From: an uncultured delta proteobacterium
Lineage (GTDB): Bacteria; Myxococcota_A; Polyangia; Polyangiales; JAFGIB01
NCBI GenBank assembly: GCA_963778655.1
Contig: CAVZVA010000002.1
Coordinates: 64,001-128,000 of the forward strand
Length of the DNA stretch: 64,000 nucleotides
Direction: 5' to 3'
In this document: positions 59,800 to 64,000 of the stretch, one piece after another
Layout of the letters: each line of letters begins with the position of its first letter
Position numbering within the stretch: position 1 is the stretch's first letter
Program-made: the position numbers and the translations under genes
Notes under the pieces: generated by a model
Told to the model about the DNA's origin: nothing
Seen by the model: the letters and a program-made list of their open reading frames with translations, nothing else
The model's database searches: none

Positions 59800-60444
59800 T
59801 CACGATCGAGTTTTGGCACCATCCAGGTCAAAGCGAGCACTTCGAGTCCACTGCACCGATAGCAACAAACCTCCTAAGGCCAGGACAAGAGCCGCCGCGT
59901 CGAAGACTGACCTCCCCTCGCGCCAACCCGCAGTGGCATCATCATAGGAGACAATCACGGTCCCCCCATGCACGACTTGCCACACGAGAACGCCTCTGCG
60001 GTACTCTTCGATACGGACTTTTAGCCTCTCGCCCGGCTGGAGGCCATGAAACGCGCCGTCCCGCGATGGAGGCCAAGTGGGCTCAAGCAGAGTGCCACGC
60101 TCATCGTGTATTTTTGGTCGCCCCGACATGTCCTGACCACCAAATAGAGCAACCGTCTCATGGTATTTCGACACCGGCGGTATGCTCATGAAACTCCCAA
60201 ATCCAAAGACGAGGGCCGAGCACATCAAGAACATCATGGACCAGGCAAACAGTGCCGGTCTCGTGTAGCACCACAGGTTTCGAAGGAACACGTAGACGCG
60301 CCAAAAAATCAGAATTGCAAGCGCGAACCACGCCCTGTTTGCGGACGTTGCCCAAATCGTGCCCAGTACCAGACCCACGGCCACGGTCGCGCAGAGCATC
60401 GCGAAGCGTCGGATGCTCCGTGTTTCGGTCACATCAGCGTTCAT
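59800..60444 (-). CDS. Membrane protein, probable RHS immunity protein
   Basis: Start overlaps the RHS stop; about four TM segments; visibly lower GC. Confidence 0.6.
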   Translation of the reverse strand: MNADVTETRSIRRFAMLCATVAVGLVLGTIWATSANRAWFALAILIFWRVYVFLRNLWCYTRPALFAWSMMFLMCSALVFGFGSFMSIPPVSKYHETVALFGGQDMSGRPKIHDERGTLLEPTWPPSRDGAFHGLQPGERLKVRIEEYRRGVLVWQVVHGGTVIVSYDDATAGWREGRSVFDAAALVLALGGLLLSVQWTRSARFDLDGAKTRS

Positions 60445-63400
60445 TGCCACATGGGTCGAATTTGATGTACTCCGCCGCCGCGATTGCACCAGTCGTGTGT
60501 ACTACTTCGGAGCCGATGTTGGCACGCTCGGTGGACTCCGTAATGATTTTCTGAAGGGCGTTTTGAGCAACGCTGTCCGCAAATGTGTTCGTGGAATCAA
60601 CGCTTCTCAGGAAACCAAGAGCGCCAGCCGGAACCTCCGGGACTAGTTGCGAGGGGAGCCTGATCCCAAGCTTGCTGACGAAGTTGTAACCCCATCCTAG
60701 CTCCGCAATGTTCGGGATGGCACTGCCCAACGTGGTTGCCCTTGCGAGGCCTGCCGAAAGCACCCCACCTGCAATGCCGATCGTGAACGACGCCGTGAAC
60801 TTGCAAAGGGTCAGGTTCTCGGAGGCTTTTTCGACACCACCCTCGAACATGTCGTGCACCGCATCGGTCGCTACCCCGCTGAGCGATCCGAAAATTATTC
60901 CGCCCGCGACACCACCCGTTGCTGCTGCTGCCGCACCGGTGACACCGGCAAACGCAACAGTCCCGGCGAACTCGCCGTACTTACCCTTAGCAAGCAAATC
61001 TCGGTTCGCTATGGCCGTGCTGATAGAAGCGAGCACGCCAACAATGCCAGCAGTTATCGATACCTCGATCAACGTGAATGTTCCGGTTGGATCTCGCGCG
61101 ATGGTCGGAGAGTTCGAGACGTACGTATACGGATGCAGAGAAGAGGCCGAGAGCGTGATTCCGCCCACAGGATCCCTACTCACAAACCTCCCCGTCCTGC
61201 TGTCATACGACCTGGCTCTCACGAAGTAGAGCCCTGTCGAGCCGTCGAGCGTCATCCCCTGGAACCTCGGCTCGGCCCCGACCGCCGGGTCGATCCCGCT
61301 CGAAGCTCCAACCGCACTGGCGACGTTCCCGAACCCATCGTAGTGAATCGAAGCGGTTGACGCTCCGCTCCCGTCCGCCTTCCCGATCACGCTCCCCATC
61401 GAATCCGCGAGCAGATACTCCACCTGCCCACCCGTCCCGATCTTCATGATCGGATGCTCGCCCGCGTAGACGTAACTCGCGATCAGATTCCCGCTCCCAT
61501 CCACCACAGCCTGCGGCGACTCATACCCGTCCCCAAGGTTCGGCGCGATCAAGAACCTCTTCACCGAAGCTCCGTTGTTCACGGCAACTCGCCGCCCCAT
61601 CCCATCGAACGTATACCGCTCGACCTCGATCCCGCCATCGACAACCCGCGTGATGTGATCCATCGAGTCGTACTCGACATCCCGATGCACCCCGCCCCGG
61701 TCAATGCCCGTGAGCCGACCGCCGGCATCGTGGGCATAGACCTCATTGCCAGCCGTGCCCGTGATGCCCGTCAGCTTGAACCCCGCCGCGTAGCTGTAGG
61801 TCTCTTGGCCCGTGAGGGTGGTTTTGCTCGTCCTGTTCCCATCCGCGTCATACCCGTACTGGATCTCCTCGACCAGCACGTCGTTCGCATCGAAGTGGCT
61901 CTCCTTCTTCACCCGCAGCGCCGAGTCGTAGTCGATCTTGGTGTACGTCCCATCTTCCCTGGTGATCTTCGTGGGCTCCCCCGAAGGCGACCTCTCGTAG
62001 ACCACGCTCGCCAGCACCACGTTGCTCGCGTTCTTGTGCACAACGCTCAGCACCCTGTCCCGTGAATCGTAGGCGTACGTGGTCACGACCCCGTTGGGCA
62101 GCACCCTCTGCTGCAACCGATCCGCATCATCGTACGAGTACCCCGTCACCCCGCCGTTGGGGTCCACGATCTGCGCCAAGTTCCCGTTCGCGTCGTAATC
62201 GTAGTGCGTGTGGATCTCGCCACTCGTCGGGGTCGTCTTCACCCTCACGTCGGTGGTTCGATCCAGCACGTCCCGATCGTACATCACGCTGCCGCCGCTC
62301 GGGTACGTGATCCCGCTGAACCGCCCGGCCGCGTCGTAGTGGTACGTGGTCGTCCCCGTTTGATCCGTCATCGTCTCGATGCGGTCACCGGGGCCGTACG
62401 TGAGGTCGCGGAACTCGCCCGTATCAGTCTCTCGATGCGTCTCGCGCCCCGAGATGTCGTGGCGAAGCGTGACGACCGTGCCTTGCGGGAGAACGATCTG
62501 CTGGGGCCTCGCGTCCGCATCGTACGTGATCGTCCTCGTGCCCATGTCGGGGTACGTGACCTTCGAGATGCGACCGTTCGTACCCCGCTCGAACTTCGTC
62601 ACCTCACCCTTCGGGCTCGTGACTTGGGACAACAGGTGCGTGAAGTTGCCGCCGTTGCTGCTGCCGACGGTCGAAACATCGCGGTACTCGGTACTGCCCT
62701 CGCTGCCCTGATAAGCGCTCGCTCCGCCGTCGTGGTTCGCGGTGCTCACGTTGCCGCTGAACACGTCGTAGCTCACGCCGCTGCCAGCAGCAGGCGTGTA
62801 CTGGTACTGCCAGCTCTGACCTGCGAGGTCGGTCGCGGAGGTGAGCCCGCTCTTGGTGTCGTAGCCGTAGTTGCGGGTCCGCTCCAGTTCGTCCTGGAAG
62901 CTCGTCGGGTACTGCTGCGAGCCGTCGAGCCGCGTCGTGCCCAAGTAGCTGCTGCTCGTGTCCGCTCCACCCGGATACGTCGTCGAGCCCGGCAACCCGT
63001 ACGTGCTCAGACTGGTGACCGTCGTCCTGCTCAGCGCGTCGGTGATCGACGCCGAGAGCGGACTGCGGTCGAAGCTCGTGGTCTTGCCCCGCGCATTCGT
63101 CGTGCTCGCAAGTCGCCCACCGAGCTTGTAGCTCGTCTGCGTCTCGTGCCCGAGTGCATCCGTGGTCCTCGTCACCCTTCCCGCTGAGTCCCGCTCAAAC
63201 GTCGTCGTCGCGTTCAGCGTCGCATCGGTAATCCCCTGTAACCTTCCCCCGAGGTCATACGCATACAGCGTGCTGTTCCCCAGCGCATCAATCTCCTCCT
63301 TCACCCGCCCGGCGGCGTCGTAGATCCGCGTGAGCTCGTCGCCGTTGGGCTCGGTCCAGCTTCCGAGCCGGCCTGCGGCCGTGAAGCTGCGCTCTACCCG

Positions 63401-64000
63401 GCCAAACGTCGGGCCGCTGATCGCCGTCCAGCCGGGCGTGGCCTCGCTGTACTCGTAGCTCACAGTCGCGCCGTGGCCGTAGTCGGCGCTGCTCAGCCGG
63501 CCCAGGCCGTCGTAGCTCATCGTCGTCGTGAGGCCCCGCTCGCTGCGGCTCAGCAGGTGCCCCGCGGCGTCGTAGCTCATGGTGATCAACTGCCCGAAGG
63601 CGTCGATCTCCTGCGTGGGCTGGCCGCCCTCGTAGCCGCTGTAGGCCACCGTGCCGAAGCGGCCCGTCTTGCTCGAGAGCGTGCCGTCGGCGTTGTAGCT
63701 GCGGCTCTCGATCACGTTGCCCGCGCCATCCTTGACCGCCGTCTGGTTGCCGGCCGCGTCGTACTCGTACGCGATCACCGCGCCGCTGGGCAGCGTCACG
63801 CTCGCGCGGTCGTTCTTCGCCGTATATGTGTAGTTGTAGGTGAAGTCCGCCGGGTCTTCGCCCGCTTCGTGCGGCAGCACCCGGCTGAGCAAGTTCTTGC
63901 TACCGTCGTAGCTGTAGCTCGCCACGCTGCCGTCCGGGCCTTCCGCACGGATCAGGTTGTCCTGCGCGTCGTAGCTGAACAGCACGCTGTTACCCAGCGC
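60434..64000 (-). CDS. RHS/YD-repeat polymorphic toxin (5' end outside the window)
   Basis: Many YD repeats; TGLYFVRARSYDSRTGRFVSRDP; YTYVSNSPTIARDPTG followed by a roughly 215-aa CT. Confidence 0.93.
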   Translation of the reverse strand, partial: ALGNSVLFSYDAQDNLIRAEGPDGSVASYSYDGSKNLLSRVLPHEAGEDPADFTYNYTYTAKNDRASVTLPSGAVIAYEYDAAGNQTAVKDGAGNVIESRSYNADGTLSSKTGRFGTVAYSGYEGGQPTQEIDAFGQLITMSYDAAGHLLSRSERGLTTTMSYDGLGRLSSADYGHGATVSYEYSEATPGWTAISGPTFGRVERSFTAAGRLGSWTEPNGDELTRIYDAAGRVKEEIDALGNSTLYAYDLGGRLQGITDATLNATTTFERDSAGRVTRTTDALGHETQTSYKLGGRLASTTNARGKTTSFDRSPLSASITDALSRTTVTSLSTYGLPGSTTYPGGADTSSSYLGTTRLDGSQQYPTSFQDELERTRNYGYDTKSGLTSATDLAGQSWQYQYTPAAGSGVSYDVFSGNVSTANHDGGASAYQGSEGSTEYRDVSTVGSSNGGNFTHLLSQVTSPKGEVTKFERGTNGRISKVTYPDMGTRTITYDADARPQQIVLPQGTVVTLRHDISGRETHRETDTGEFRDLTYGPGDRIETMTDQTGTTTYHYDAAGRFSGITYPSGGSVMYDRDVLDRTTDVRVKTTPTSGEIHTHYDYDANGNLAQIVDPNGGVTGYSYDDADRLQQRVLPNGVVTTYAYDSRDRVLSVVHKNASNVVLASVVYERSPSGEPTKITREDGTYTKIDYDSALRVKKESHFDANDVLVEEIQYGYDADGNRTSKTTLTGQETYSYAAGFKLTGITGTAGNEVYAHDAGGRLTGIDRGGVHRDVEYDSMDHITRVVDGGIEVERYTFDGMGRRVAVNNGASVKRFLIAPNLGDGYESPQAVVDGSGNLIASYVYAGEHPIMKIGTGGQVEYLLADSMGSVIGKADGSGASTASIHYDGFGNVASAVGASSGIDPAVGAEPRFQGMTLDGSTGLYFVRARSYDSRTGRFVSRDPVGGITLSASSLHPYTYVSNSPTIARDPTGTFTLIEVSITAGIVGVLASISTAIANRDLLAKGKYGEFAGTVAFAGVTGAAAAATGGVAGGIIFGSLSGVATDAVHDMFEGGVEKASENLTLCKFTASFTIGIAGGVLSAGLARATTLGSAIPNIAELGWGYNFVSKLGIRLPSQLVPEVPAGALGFLRSVDSTNTFADSVAQNALQKIITESTERANIGSEVVHTTGAIAAAEYIKFDPCGNER

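Overview
GC-rich window that looks myxobacterial (Polyangiales-like; inferred from gene content). About 1-21 kb is fairly ordinary chromosome: a surface-glycosylation cluster, an enoyl-CoA hydratase, a large Ser/Thr kinase-ATPase, AraC regulators and an SGNH lipoprotein. About 21-64 kb is a heavily rearranged accessory and defence region. It carries toxin-antitoxin modules, IS66/IS3/IS630 and nested DDE elements, three REP-associated (HUH Y1) transposase copies, a truncated phage/satellite primase, tRNA-Phe and tmRNA 3' att remnants, two HEPN-motif proteins, an IS3-interrupted SIR2-STAND-TPR gene, a KAP NTPase and an RHS toxin with a probable immunity gene. The most notable locus is 36.8-40.75 kb: a translationally coupled ubiquitin-like conjugation operon (Ubl, E2-like, JAB-E1 fusion). 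It is transcribed divergently from a coupled trio of sigma-factor-like protein, small acidic partner and ImmA/IrrE metallopeptidase, next to a tmRNA att site. Several single-base frameshifts and abrupt gene junctions could be sequencing or assembly artefacts. All family assignments come from motif recognition by eye; no database searches were run.
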